A DNA stretch of 64,000 nt from Syntrophales bacterium (GCA_963668175.1 OY764159.1:3872001-3936000); one strand, 5' to 3'; shown: positions 30,042 through 40,463, counted from the stretch's first letter. A program made the numbers and translations. Notes: generated by a model not told the origin, from the letters alone.

Positions 30042-30917
30042 ATGAGATCTCTCGACTTCGGCCTGCGCGAAGACGCCGCAAAGAACATGAGTCCGGAAAT
30101 ATCGCTGGAGATGTACAGAAACATCTGCCGGTGCCGGTTCTTCGACGAGGCAGTCATCAAGGCCGTCCGGGACGGCCGCATAACCTATCAGGTATACCTC
30201 TCGCGAGGACAGGAGGCGGTCGCCGCAGGCCTCGCTTCCGCCGTTGCCGGCTCCATGCTGTTCACACAGCACCGCTGCCATGCCTACTATCTTGCGTTCG
30301 GCGGACGGCCGGAGAGGCTCCGCGACGAACTGCTGGGGCGACCCGGCGGGACAAGCAGCGGCCGGGCCGGCTCGAACTGCATTCAGTGCCACGATGAAAA
30401 CCTTGTCATGTTCGGTCATCACGGTCTGATCGGTGAAAACGTCCCGCAGGCGGTCGGAGCGGCCCTCGGCAGCGGCAGAAATACGCTTTGCATTGTCGGC
30501 GACGGTGCAGCGGAAGAGGACTACGTCTACCCTTCTCTCGGTTTCGCCGTCACCCATCGCCTGCCGGTTCTTTTTATCTGCGACGACAACGACCTGTCGA
30601 TCCTGACGCCGATCAGCGTACGGCGATCATGGAAGATTACCGATGTCGCCAGGGGCCTCGGCATGCCTGCCGTCGATATCGCCGACGATCCCTGGACGGT
30701 CCGGTCCGTCGCCCGAGAGTTGAGCACGTCCCTTCCGGCCCTGATGAACATCTATACCTGCCGCATGAACTGGCATGTCGGTGTCGGAATCGACGGCCCT
30801 CCCGAATGGGACCGCCTTTCCCTCGTTACGCAAAAACTGGCGGACTTGGGGCTTTCGGCCCCGGCAGAATGCATTCGCAAGGAAGAGCAAACCGCCATGG
30901 AGAAGCTATGGGCCTGA
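30042..30917 (+). CDS. ThDP-dependent dehydrogenase E1 alpha-like subunit
   Basis: YLSRGQEA, HRCH, GDGAAEE...ICDDN ThDP motif. Confidence 0.85.
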   Translation: MRSLDFGLREDAAKNMSPEISLEMYRNICRCRFFDEAVIKAVRDGRITYQVYLSRGQEAVAAGLASAVAGSMLFTQHRCHAYYLAFGGRPERLRDELLGRPGGTSSGRAGSNCIQCHDENLVMFGHHGLIGENVPQAVGAALGSGRNTLCIVGDGAAEEDYVYPSLGFAVTHRLPVLFICDDNDLSILTPISVRRSWKITDVARGLGMPAVDIADDPWTVRSVARELSTSLPALMNIYTCRMNWHVGVGIDGPPEWDRLSLVTQKLADLGLSAPAECIRKEEQTAMEKLWA

Positions 30918-31807
30918 CCGTAGCGGATACGATCCGGGAAATCAGCAGGCGGCATCTCGAAGAGAACAACGGCCTTCTGCTCGGCCAAGCGATTACGGCC
31001 GTCGGCTGGATCAACAACACGGTCCCCGATTGCCGGAACATCGTCGAACTGCCCATGACCGACGTCGCTGGCGCCGGCATCGCCGTCGGTGCAGCCATGG
31101 TCGGCAGGCGGCCCATATTTGTCATCAGGTTCCAGGATTTTCTCATACTGAACGGCAGCCCGCTTATCTTTTACGCCGCCAAATCGAAGGAACTCCACGG
31201 GAGAAGCACCCCCATTTTCGTCCGGGCGATTGCAACCGACGGGATCGGGCCCGTTCATTCGGGCGTCTTGCACAGCGTCTTCATGCATTTTCCGGGTTTC
31301 CGGATCTGTTCGCCCATGACGCCCGGCGAATATCGAACTATCTGGGACGACTTTATGGCCCATGACGATCCCATGATCGTGAGCGAACATCGAGCGAGTT
31401 TTGCCAATACCCGCGAACTCGCCGACATTGTCCACGACGATGCCGTCGTGACCCTTTACCCCATCTCGGCGACCCGATTCGCAGCGGAGGAAGCGGCAGC
31501 GCAGCTTTTATCCGTGGGAATCAAATGCAACGTCCTGCACATCCTGTGGCTGAAACCCTTTACTGCTGACCGGAGACTGATCGAGCCCCTGCGCTCGTCC
31601 CGCCGCGGCATCGTGATCGACGCGGGACATGAAATCGCCGGCGCTTCCCGGTCTATCGCCTACGAACTGACACAGGCGACGGGAATTCCCGTTGCGGCCC
31701 TGGGACTTGAGGACAAAACGAAATGCCTGTGTCCGCCCCTGAAAAACGAAACCCCCACGGCAGAGCGGATCGTGACGGCCGTGCGGACACTCCTCAGGAC
31801 GGCTTAG
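30908..31807 (+). CDS. E1 beta/transketolase C-terminal-like subunit
   Basis: ELPMTDVAGAGIAVGAAMVGRRP, GPVHS, SPMTP, SEHR, WLKPF; ATG overlaps the alpha subunit end. Confidence 0.8.
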   Translation: MGLTVADTIREISRRHLEENNGLLLGQAITAVGWINNTVPDCRNIVELPMTDVAGAGIAVGAAMVGRRPIFVIRFQDFLILNGSPLIFYAAKSKELHGRSTPIFVRAIATDGIGPVHSGVLHSVFMHFPGFRICSPMTPGEYRTIWDDFMAHDDPMIVSEHRASFANTRELADIVHDDAVVTLYPISATRFAAEEAAAQLLSVGIKCNVLHILWLKPFTADRRLIEPLRSSRRGIVIDAGHEIAGASRSIAYELTQATGIPVAALGLEDKTKCLCPPLKNETPTAERIVTAVRTLLRTA

Positions 31808-31813
31808 AATATT

Positions 31814-32497
31814 ATGCCGGAATACGATAAGGGCATCGTCAGCAAGCCTTGGGGTTACGAATATCTCATGTACCAGAGCGACCGGATCGGCATCTGGTTC
31901 CTGCACATCGCGGCAGGGCGGAAGACCTCTCTTCATTGTCATCCCGCCAAGAAGACGGGCTATATCCTCCTGTCGGGAGAAGCAGAAGTATCGTTTTTGA
32001 ATGACGCCACCCGCCTCAAGGCGATCAGCAAACTGATGATCCGGGAGGGTTTGTTTCACTCGACGAAGGCCCTGTCTCCGGAAGGCGTGTCCGTCATCGA
32101 GGTGGAAAGCCCGCCGGACAAGACCAATCTCGTGCGGCTGGACGACGCCTATGGACGCAAGGAAGAACCCTACGAGGGCCTCGATTCGGTCGTACCCATG
32201 ACAGATGAATGCATCATGTTTACGGCACCAGAACTTGACCGGCCGCTCGTCTATCAAATTGCAGGCGTTACCATGGTCATCGAACGCCGCAATGATCTTG
32301 CGGCATTGCGGACGCGCCCTTCGGGGGAAGTCATCCTGGTCCTTGACGGCGGCCTGGTGAGCAAGAACAATGATCCTATTCTGAGTTCGGGTGACGTGGT
32401 CACGATCAGCACATTTTCCTATCTGGCCGACACATTCGCTTCGCCGCAAGGTATGTCGTTCATATCGTTCCGCCGGGAGCAGAATCAAGATGCGTAG
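31814..32497 (+). CDS. cupin-domain protein (mannose-6-phosphate isomerase C-terminal-like)
   Basis: KPWGYE, TSLHCHPAK, FHS, EVESP, DAYGR. Confidence 0.7.
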   Translation: MPEYDKGIVSKPWGYEYLMYQSDRIGIWFLHIAAGRKTSLHCHPAKKTGYILLSGEAEVSFLNDATRLKAISKLMIREGLFHSTKALSPEGVSVIEVESPPDKTNLVRLDDAYGRKEEPYEGLDSVVPMTDECIMFTAPELDRPLVYQIAGVTMVIERRNDLAALRTRPSGEVILVLDGGLVSKNNDPILSSGDVVTISTFSYLADTFASPQGMSFISFRREQNQDA

Positions 32498-34457
32498 TGT
32501 GCCGGCGTCCGGTTCTCCATGGCGCGTAGGACTTGTCCAGATCAACAACAGTTTTGCCGGCGCCTGTTATCTGCCGTATGCCGTAAGTCTTCTGCAGGCC
32601 CACTTTCAGCTTCATTCGGGGAAAGCCGGCGCCTTCTCATTCCTCTTGCCGATTTATCGACGAATACCCGTGGATGACGCGATCCGGCACCTGGCCGGGG
32701 CCGACATCGTCGCCATCAGCGTTTCGTCCTGGAACTTCAGGGCGTCGCTGGAAATCGCCAGGCGCCATAAGGAAATTCATCCCCAGGCGTTGATCATGCT
32801 GGGCGGCCCGCACATCCCCGGCAACGCGGAACCGTTGCTCAGGGCCCATCCGTGGGTCGATCTTGTCTGTCACGGCGAAGGAGAGATCCCGTTTCTCAGG
32901 ATATTGGATGCCTGGCCGGAACGCCAATGGGACGACATCCCTTCCATCAGTTATCTCGAAGGGGAGCGATTCGTCAGCCGGCCGGACGAGTCCCGCATCG
33001 CCGAACTGGATTCCGTGCCGTCGCCGTACCTCGCGGGCACATTCGAGCCGTTGCTGAGGGAAGATCGAGGGCACCAGTGGCTGGCCCTTTGGGAGACCAA
33101 TCGCGGCTGTCCCTTCTCCTGCTCTTACTGCGATTGGGGGGCCGCGACGCGATCGAAGTTGTATTGTTTCGGTCTGGAGCGGCTCAAGAAGGAAATCGGC
33201 TGGTTCGCCGAGCACCGGATCGAGTTTATCTTCTGTTGCGACGCCAATTTCGGCATCCTGCCGCGGGACCTCGACATTGTCAAAGCCGTGGCCGACGCGA
33301 AGAAGACGTCCGGATTTCCCCAGGCCCTGTCGGTGCAGAACACCAAAGACTCGGACCGTTCGTTCGAAATTCAGAAAGCCCTGGCCGAAGCGGGACTCAG
33401 CAAGGGGGTCAACCTGGCCATGCAGTCGATGCATCCGGAAACACTGGCCCTGATCGGCCGCCGCAACATCTCCCCGGACGTCTTTCAGGACCTGCAACAG
33501 CGGTACAACCGGGACCGGATCGAGACGTTCACGGACATCATCATCGGGCTGCCCGGGGAAACCTACACTTCCTTCACCTCGGGGGTCGAAAAGATCATCG
33601 GCAACGGCCAGCACAACAGGATCCAGTTCATCAATCTTTCCATTCTGCCCAATGCCCCCATGGCCGACCCGGCGTACCGGCAGATGCATGGCCTCATCTC
33701 GGCGGTATCGAAGATCATCAACATTCACGGAGCCCCTGCCGACTACGGCGACGGCATTTCCGAGACGCAGGAACTGGTGGTGGGAAGCAACGCCATGCCG
33801 AAGGAGGATTGGCGGCGGGCCAGGGTCTTCGCCTGGATGACATCCCTTCTCTACTTCGATAAAATCCTCCAGATTCCGATGATGCTCCTGAAGGCCGAGA
33901 CGGGTATCGATTGCGCCAGACAGATTGAAGCGTTCATGGATCTGCCCGCAGGAAAATTTCCCCTGCTGGAGGAACTGGCCCGGTTCTTCCGGGACGAGGC
34001 GGCGGCCATACAGGAGGGCGCGCCCGAGTTCTTCCATGCCCCCGACCGCTTGGGCATATACTGGCCTCACGACGAATATGCCTATATCCGTCTGAGCACC
34101 GAAGGTAAACTGGAGGCCTTCTACAGAGAGGCCCGCCAGCGGATGGCGGAACTGGCCGTGAGCGAAGGACACCCATGCCCGCCCTGGCTTCCTGATGCCA
34201 TCCGCCTTAACGGTATGTTGCTCAAACAGCCCTTTCACAGAGACGATATCACATTCCGATCCCAGTACGATCTCCTAGGCACCTGCGACACAATCCGCCG
34301 CACGGGCGGAGGCCGTCTTATACCGGGACCGGCTTCCTACGTGGTGAACCGTTCCTCCGAGCGATGGCAGGGATGGGAGGAATGGTCGCGCGAAGTCGTC
34401 TGGTACGGCAACAAGCGGGGGGCCTACCTCTATCATTTTTCCCGAGGGGAGCAATAG
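32490..34457 (+). CDS. B12-binding radical SAM protein with long C-terminal extension
   Basis: LGGPH, GEGE, PSPY, ETNRGCPFSCSYCDWG, DANFG, IIGLPGET. Confidence 0.87.
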   Translation: MRSVPASGSPWRVGLVQINNSFAGACYLPYAVSLLQAHFQLHSGKAGAFSFLLPIYRRIPVDDAIRHLAGADIVAISVSSWNFRASLEIARRHKEIHPQALIMLGGPHIPGNAEPLLRAHPWVDLVCHGEGEIPFLRILDAWPERQWDDIPSISYLEGERFVSRPDESRIAELDSVPSPYLAGTFEPLLREDRGHQWLALWETNRGCPFSCSYCDWGAATRSKLYCFGLERLKKEIGWFAEHRIEFIFCCDANFGILPRDLDIVKAVADAKKTSGFPQALSVQNTKDSDRSFEIQKALAEAGLSKGVNLAMQSMHPETLALIGRRNISPDVFQDLQQRYNRDRIETFTDIIIGLPGETYTSFTSGVEKIIGNGQHNRIQFINLSILPNAPMADPAYRQMHGLISAVSKIINIHGAPADYGDGISETQELVVGSNAMPKEDWRRARVFAWMTSLLYFDKILQIPMMLLKAETGIDCARQIEAFMDLPAGKFPLLEELARFFRDEAAAIQEGAPEFFHAPDRLGIYWPHDEYAYIRLSTEGKLEAFYREARQRMAELAVSEGHPCPPWLPDAIRLNGMLLKQPFHRDDITFRSQYDLLGTCDTIRRTGGGRLIPGPASYVVNRSSERWQGWEEWSREVVWYGNKRGAYLYHFSRGEQ

Positions 34458-34461
34458 ACGC

Positions 34462-35424
34462 ATGCGCTGTCGCCCGCTGGGCAGAACGGGTATCCAAGTC
34501 TCGGAGATAGGTTTCGGTTCCTGGGGCATCGGAGGGATCGTGCAGGATGCTACCGCCTACGGCCTTACCGACGACCGCATCTCGAAGCGGGCATTGGAGG
34601 CGGCCTTCGCTGCAGGCGTGACGTTTTACGACACGGCGGCCCTGTATGGCTACGGACACAGCGAGGAACTGATCGGCGAAACGCTCCATAAAGTGCGGGA
34701 CCGTATCGTGATTTCCACCAAAGCGGGTTACGTCAATTTCGGCGGGGCTCAGGATTTCTCGCCCAAGTATCTGCGTAAATCGCTGGAAGGAAGCCTGAGA
34801 CGCCTGCAGACCGATTATGTCGACGTCTTCCAGCTCCACGACCCGCCGATCGATCTTCTGGAGCGGGACGGTTCCATCATGGATGCCATGGAAACTTTGC
34901 GCTACGAAAACAAGATCCGCGTCATCGGCATCTCCACACGATCCCCGGCGGACAGCCTGGTCGCTGTAAACCGCCTGGGATTCCAATCCATCCAGGTCAA
35001 TTTCAACCTGGTGGACCAACGGGCGTTAGAGATAGGCCTGTATCCCGCCTGCCGGGAGCAAGGCGCGGGCATCATCGTCAGGACCCCTTTGTGCTTCGGC
35101 TTCCTGACAGGAAAGTATAGCGCCGGGGACAACTATGACGAAGGGGATCATCGCAGCCGCTGGAAGCCCGAGCAGATCAGTCTATGGGCCGAGGCCAACA
35201 AACTTTTTCAAACGGCATTGACTGATCGGGAGGGACAGAACAACGTGCACGTCGCGCTTCGTTACGTTCTGTCCTTCGAGGACGTTTCCACGACGATACC
35301 CGGCATGCTGACGGAAGAGCATGTCGCCGAAAACACAATGGCAAGCGATATGGGCCCACTGCCCCCCTCCGTCCTTGCCGCATTTGCGGACATTTACCGT
35401 AATCACAGTTTCTTTTGCCGATGA
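34462..35424 (+). CDS. aldo/keto reductase
   Basis: LGRTGIQVSEIGFG, DTAALYG, STK, SLRRLQTDYVD, QLHDP, IPG. Confidence 0.92.
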   Translation: MRCRPLGRTGIQVSEIGFGSWGIGGIVQDATAYGLTDDRISKRALEAAFAAGVTFYDTAALYGYGHSEELIGETLHKVRDRIVISTKAGYVNFGGAQDFSPKYLRKSLEGSLRRLQTDYVDVFQLHDPPIDLLERDGSIMDAMETLRYENKIRVIGISTRSPADSLVAVNRLGFQSIQVNFNLVDQRALEIGLYPACREQGAGIIVRTPLCFGFLTGKYSAGDNYDEGDHRSRWKPEQISLWAEANKLFQTALTDREGQNNVHVALRYVLSFEDVSTTIPGMLTEEHVAENTMASDMGPLPPSVLAAFADIYRNHSFFCR

Positions 35425-35487
35425 CGGACACAGGCAGGGACATCACCCGGGAAGGCCAAAAGAAATCGAATCAAAGGGAGAAAGTCC

Positions 35488-36978
35488 ATGAAATCTCTTT
35501 TACTGATTAACCCGCCCAATTCCGACCAGATACGCTCCCCCGGCTACTATTTGCTGCCCCTCGCTCTCCTGTATCTGGCCGGCTCTGCGAGGGAAGTGGC
35601 AGATGTTACGATCCTGGACCTGAATGTTGCAAAAAGTAAATTCTTCCGTTCGAAGAAGGAAGGGACATTTTCCTATACGGGCGCAGTGGAGGAGGAAATA
35701 GTCAGGCTCAGACCCGATTTCGTCGGCATAACCTGCCTTTTTTCGGCCCAGTTCGATATGATGATGCAAATCGCCGACGCCGTCAAGAGGGCCAACCCAT
35801 CCTCGACCGTCATCCTCGGGGGCATGCATCCGACAATTTTCCCGCATGAAATCCTGTCCAACTGTCCCAGCGTCGATGCCGTCGTCATCGGCGAAGGGGA
35901 AATCACTCTGAAGCAAATGCTCTCGCTCGACGGGGATCACTGGAATCGGATCGGCGGGCTTGCCTTCAGAAACAGCAAGAATGAAATCATCATCAACGAA
36001 AAAAAAGATTTCATCGAGGACCTCGACGCACTGGCGCCGGCAGCATACGACCTGTTCAACTTCGAGGACTACATGCTCGATTCCAGCGGATGGTACAACC
36101 CCAAGAAACTGTCCATCGGAACGTCTGCACCGATTCTGACGAGCAGGAGCTGCCCCTTCAAATGCAGTTTCTGCGGGATGAACCTGGTCATGGGAACCCG
36201 TTTCCGGTCGCGAAGCGCCGAGGAAGTCTTCAAGGAAATCGAATATCTCTATTCCGTCCACAACGTCCGATACTTCAACATTATGGACGACAATTTTACC
36301 CTCGATAAGAAGAGGATCAAGAAAATCTGCCGGTACATCATCGACAACAAGCTCGATATCTCCTTCGATATGCCGAACGGCATCATGACGGCGACCCTTG
36401 ACGACGACGTTATCGATGCCCTGGCCGAGGCCGGTTTTGCCTATTGCTTCCTTGCCATTGAGAGCGGTTCTGATTACATAAGAAACACCGTCATGCATAA
36501 ACAGCTTTCAAAGGAAACGATCTTCCGCGTCGTCAATTCTTTCCGGAGACATCCCGAAGTCCACCTGGCCGCCTTTTTCCTTATGGGCATGCCGGAGGAA
36601 ACAAAAGAAACGCTGGACGAAACCTACGACCTGATAGAAGCCCTGGATATCGATTCATTCAAAATGTCCGTGGCGACACCGTTTCCCGGAACCAAGCTTT
36701 TCAATCAGTGTCTGAAGGACGACCTGTTTCTCATAGACAAGAAAAAACTCGGTTCCCTCTGGCGGGACATCAACTGGTACCAGCGAATTCTCAACGTCGA
36801 CCCGCCTTTTTTCTTCAAGCCCTATGCCGTGGATATTCCGACCCTGGAAGAATATGTCCATAAATTTGAAGCTATCAGGCATCAGAAGCATCTGATCACC
36901 GTAAGCAAAGGAAGGCAGACCCTGAGCGTAACCCAGGCCGTGGCCGACTACCGGCGGAGCAACCCCGGCGCCCCATGA
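35488..36978 (+). CDS. B12-binding radical SAM protein
   Basis: LLINPP, LGGMHPT, GEGE, SRSCPFKCSFC, DDNF, IESG, PFPGT. Confidence 0.88.
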   Translation: MKSLLLINPPNSDQIRSPGYYLLPLALLYLAGSAREVADVTILDLNVAKSKFFRSKKEGTFSYTGAVEEEIVRLRPDFVGITCLFSAQFDMMMQIADAVKRANPSSTVILGGMHPTIFPHEILSNCPSVDAVVIGEGEITLKQMLSLDGDHWNRIGGLAFRNSKNEIIINEKKDFIEDLDALAPAAYDLFNFEDYMLDSSGWYNPKKLSIGTSAPILTSRSCPFKCSFCGMNLVMGTRFRSRSAEEVFKEIEYLYSVHNVRYFNIMDDNFTLDKKRIKKICRYIIDNKLDISFDMPNGIMTATLDDDVIDALAEAGFAYCFLAIESGSDYIRNTVMHKQLSKETIFRVVNSFRRHPEVHLAAFFLMGMPEETKETLDETYDLIEALDIDSFKMSVATPFPGTKLFNQCLKDDLFLIDKKKLGSLWRDINWYQRILNVDPPFFFKPYAVDIPTLEEYVHKFEAIRHQKHLITVSKGRQTLSVTQAVADYRRSNPGAP

Positions 36979-37958
36979 CGATGGAAAAGCAAGACCGAAT
37001 TCAGAACGGCCTAGACCTTTCCTTTCTTCAGGGTAAGCACGTCCTGGTAACCGGCGGTACGGGATTCATCGGACGCGGTTTTGTAGAGGCGCTGCTGAAT
37101 TCCGGGGCCAAAATCAGGATCACGGTCCACGAACAACTCTCTCCGTTCGACAGGGACCGCATTGAAACTGTCTACGCCGATCTCACGGAGCAGGAGGATT
37201 GTATCGCTGCATGCAGCGGCATGGATGTCGTCATTCATGCCGCGGGCGGTGTAGGGAACGCCGGTAACATCCGGTCCAATCTGGTTGCGTCCCTGGCGGA
37301 TAACCTCGTCATGACCGTGAGGATGCTGGAGGCCGCGTCGGAACGCTGCGAAAAAATTCTTATCTTCTCAAGCGGTACGACCGGATACCCTCCTTACGAT
37401 TACCCCGTTCGCGAAGAGGACATGTGGACGGGTCCGCCGGCACCGGTGTACTTCGGATACGGCTGGATGCGGCGCTATTTCGAACTTTTCGGCGAATATG
37501 TCGGTTCCGTTTCCCCTCTTGAAGTCATGGTTTGCAGACCTACGGCTGTGTACGGCCGCCACGACCGTTCCGGCCACATCGTCCCGGCACTTGTCCATCG
37601 CGCTTTGTCCGGCGAAAACCCGCTGACGGTCTGGGGAAGCGGCAAGGAAGAGCGCGATTTCCTCCATGTTTCCGACCTGGTGCGCGGCTGTCTGTTGCTT
37701 CTCCGCCGCGACACGTCCGTAGGACCGATCAATATCGGATACGGAAAAACAACCACGGTTGCCGACGTGGCCCGGATCGTCATGGAGGCCGCCGGACGGC
37801 CGGAAACGGATATCGTCTTCGACGAAACCAAGCCGACCACGATACCGGTCAGAGCGGTCGATTGCTCCAAAGCAGGAGAACTGCTGGGATTCGCACCGTC
37901 AATCGACCTGGTTGCCGGCATCCGCGACCTCGTCCAGTGGTACAAAACACAGATCTAA
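36975..37958 (+). CDS. NAD-dependent epimerase/dehydratase (Fcl-like reductase)
   Basis: TGGTGFIG, RPTAVYG, VWGSG, RDFLHVSD; YxxxK appears as YGWMR. Confidence 0.82.
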   Translation: MTMEKQDRIQNGLDLSFLQGKHVLVTGGTGFIGRGFVEALLNSGAKIRITVHEQLSPFDRDRIETVYADLTEQEDCIAACSGMDVVIHAAGGVGNAGNIRSNLVASLADNLVMTVRMLEAASERCEKILIFSSGTTGYPPYDYPVREEDMWTGPPAPVYFGYGWMRRYFELFGEYVGSVSPLEVMVCRPTAVYGRHDRSGHIVPALVHRALSGENPLTVWGSGKEERDFLHVSDLVRGCLLLLRRDTSVGPINIGYGKTTTVADVARIVMEAAGRPETDIVFDETKPTTIPVRAVDCSKAGELLGFAPSIDLVAGIRDLVQWYKTQI

Positions 37959-37966
37959 GGCAACCC

Positions 37967-39175
37967 ATGACTTTCAGGATTCCCTTCGGCACGATTACCA
38001 TCACGGAAACGGCCAGGCGGCTCATTAGCGAAGCGCTCGATGCAGAACGCATCTCCAGTGGCAGCCTCGTCCGGCGGTTTGAGGACAAATTCGCCGAGCT
38101 TACAGGCGTCCGCGAAGCCGTGGCGCTGAGCAGCGGTACGGATGCGGATATTCTGGCACTCGCAGTCCTGCACGATTTCGGTGCGACACGGGGCGATGAA
38201 GTCATCGTTCCCGCCCTCTCGTTCGTTTCGACCGGCGGGGCGGTCATCCATGCCGGATTCAGACCCGTGTTCGTGGATATTGAACGAGAAACGCTCAACA
38301 TCGACCCGCAGCGCATCGAAGAGGCCATTACGCCCAGAACCAGGGCCATCATGCCCGTGCACCTGATGGGTAAGCCTGCGGACATGGACGCGATCAGTGC
38401 CATCGCCCGGCGTCACAACCTGGTCGTCGTGGAGGACGCGGCCGAGGCCCACGGAGCCCGATACCGCGGCAAACAGGCCGGATGCCTCGCCGATATGGGT
38501 GCTTTCAGTACGTATGTCGCCCACATCATCACGACCGGCGAAGGCGGCGTCGTAACGACCGACCGGGAAGACTATGCCGCCGTCCTTCGTTCACTGCGCT
38601 CGCACGGACGCGCCTGCGACTGCAAGCAATGCACACTCAATATCGCTTCCGCCTACTGTCCGAAGAGATTTTCCGGCGACGGCGGCGAAGACATCCGCTT
38701 TCAATTCGAACGCATCGGATATTCCTGCAAGATGAATGAGCTGGAAGCGGCCATAGGGCTTGGAGCCATGGAACGTTACCAGGAGATTTTAACCAAACGG
38801 CATGAGAATCTGATGCATGTCCTGACGAAATTCGATCGCTTTGCACCCTTCCTGGGGACCATCCGGGAAGAACCGCATGAGACGATCGGCCCCCATGCGA
38901 TACCGATGATCGTCGGCGAGGAAGCCCCTTTCTCCCGCGAGGAGTTCACTGCGTACCTTGAACAAAACGGCATAGAAACCCGGACGCTCTTCAGCTCCAT
39001 CCCTACCCAATGCAAGGGATTTTCTTTTCTGGGCTACCGCCCGGGCGACTTTCCGCAGGCGGAATACATCGGACGCAAGGCGATCCATATCGGCTGCCAC
39101 CAGGCGCTTGGTCTTTCCGATATGGACTACGTCCTTGACGTCATTGCGGCGTTTTTACGCTCGAAGAATCTTTGA
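37967..39175 (+). CDS. DegT/DnrJ family PLP enzyme with His at the catalytic Lys position (ColD/DdhC-like 3-dehydratase)
   Basis: SSGT, GDEVIVP, PVHLMG, EDAAEAHG, FSTYVAHIITTGEGG; Cys-rich insert GRACDCKQC. Confidence 0.8.
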   Translation: MTFRIPFGTITITETARRLISEALDAERISSGSLVRRFEDKFAELTGVREAVALSSGTDADILALAVLHDFGATRGDEVIVPALSFVSTGGAVIHAGFRPVFVDIERETLNIDPQRIEEAITPRTRAIMPVHLMGKPADMDAISAIARRHNLVVVEDAAEAHGARYRGKQAGCLADMGAFSTYVAHIITTGEGGVVTTDREDYAAVLRSLRSHGRACDCKQCTLNIASAYCPKRFSGDGGEDIRFQFERIGYSCKMNELEAAIGLGAMERYQEILTKRHENLMHVLTKFDRFAPFLGTIREEPHETIGPHAIPMIVGEEAPFSREEFTAYLEQNGIETRTLFSSIPTQCKGFSFLGYRPGDFPQAEYIGRKAIHIGCHQALGLSDMDYVLDVIAAFLRSKNL

Positions 39176-40440
39176 ACAAGGCTTTATCTGGACAACCAAG
39201 GATGGGCAGAATGAAGAACACCCGTAAAATGCAACTCGCATCCGCCGACAAGGCAAAACCGCTGCAGGAATGGAGCAATCAGAAACGATGGAACCCTTTC
39301 AACAGCAATAAACTGCTCGCCCATGTGGACCGTTGGAAACATATCAAACGCGGACGGCCGATCCCTCCGCCCATTCTCGTGACCGTCGATCCTACCAACA
39401 AATGCAATTTCGGATGCGTCTGGTGCAATGCCGCCTATATCCGGAGGGAACGCAACAACAGTCTTTCGGAAAGGGCCCTGATGACTATCGCCGACTTCCT
39501 TCCCCGCTGGGGGGAGGGAAACGGAATGTACGAGCCCGGCGTCAAAGCCATTTGCGTGGCCGGTGGGGGAGAACCCTTCCTCAATGCAGCCACAGCGCCC
39601 TTTATAGACCGCGTGATCGACAACGGCATTGAAGTAGGCGTCGTTACCAACGGCAGCATCATGGAGCATTACGTAGATACATTGTCGCGCTGTACCTGGG
39701 TGGGCGTATCCGTCGACGCCGGCACAAGCAGGACGTTCGACATACTCAAGAATCTTTCCCCCAAGCAGGATACGTTTAAGAAAGTTCTCCACAATATTGC
39801 GACCGTAGCCGATTACGCCCGGAGGCACAAAAATAAACTGGGCTGGGCCCATCCTGCCTACGGTGTGAGTTACAAATACCTCCTCTACAAGGAGAACATC
39901 GGGGAAATCTACGAAGCCACGCGTCTTGCCAAAGAAATCGGCTGCAAGAACATCCATTTCCGGCCGGCCGGCACCCCCTGGGACCAGATCGCTGCGGGGA
40001 ACGAGATCACCTTTACGAAGGATGAGATAGGATTGTTTCAGGAACAGATCGCCAAGGCGATGGAACTGGACGGGCCGTCATTCGGCGTTTTTGGGATTAC
40101 CCATAAATTCAACGACCAGTTCGCCCGCTCGAACGAATTCAACGCCTGCTACGCCATTTTTATGACGGCGGTCTTCATGCCACCGAAAAAAACCGGAAAG
40201 CGGGAAGATACATTTGTCATGGGCCTTTGTTGCGACAGGAGGGGCGATAGCCGGCTTGAACTCCTGACGGACGAAGACGATGTACAGCTTATCGGAAGGG
40301 CCTGGGGCGGCAAGCGCCACTGGGAGATCCATGACGCCATAGACATCTGTAAGGACTGCCCCCGCTGCACTTACCAGCCGCACAACCAGATTTACGAACA
40401 GGTCATCCTCAACGACAGTATGACTTACAAATTCATCTAA
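39172..40440 (+). CDS. radical SAM protein with C-terminal SPASM/twitch-like cysteines
   Basis: DPTNKCNFGCVWC, GGGEP, TNG, SVDAG, CCD...CKDCPRC; start uncertain (TTG 39172, ATG 39202 or 39211). Confidence 0.85.
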   Translation: MNKALSGQPRMGRMKNTRKMQLASADKAKPLQEWSNQKRWNPFNSNKLLAHVDRWKHIKRGRPIPPPILVTVDPTNKCNFGCVWCNAAYIRRERNNSLSERALMTIADFLPRWGEGNGMYEPGVKAICVAGGGEPFLNAATAPFIDRVIDNGIEVGVVTNGSIMEHYVDTLSRCTWVGVSVDAGTSRTFDILKNLSPKQDTFKKVLHNIATVADYARRHKNKLGWAHPAYGVSYKYLLYKENIGEIYEATRLAKEIGCKNIHFRPAGTPWDQIAAGNEITFTKDEIGLFQEQIAKAMELDGPSFGVFGITHKFNDQFARSNEFNACYAIFMTAVFMPPKKTGKREDTFVMGLCCDRRGDSRLELLTDEDDVQLIGRAWGGKRHWEIHDAIDICKDCPRCTYQPHNQIYEQVILNDSMTYKFI

Positions 40441-40463
40441 AACCGAGCTTCGCGGGATTGCCA

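Noticed and set aside
30042..31807. Central-metabolism pyruvate dehydrogenase
   Set aside because: No E2/E3, divergent subunits, embedded in a sugar locus
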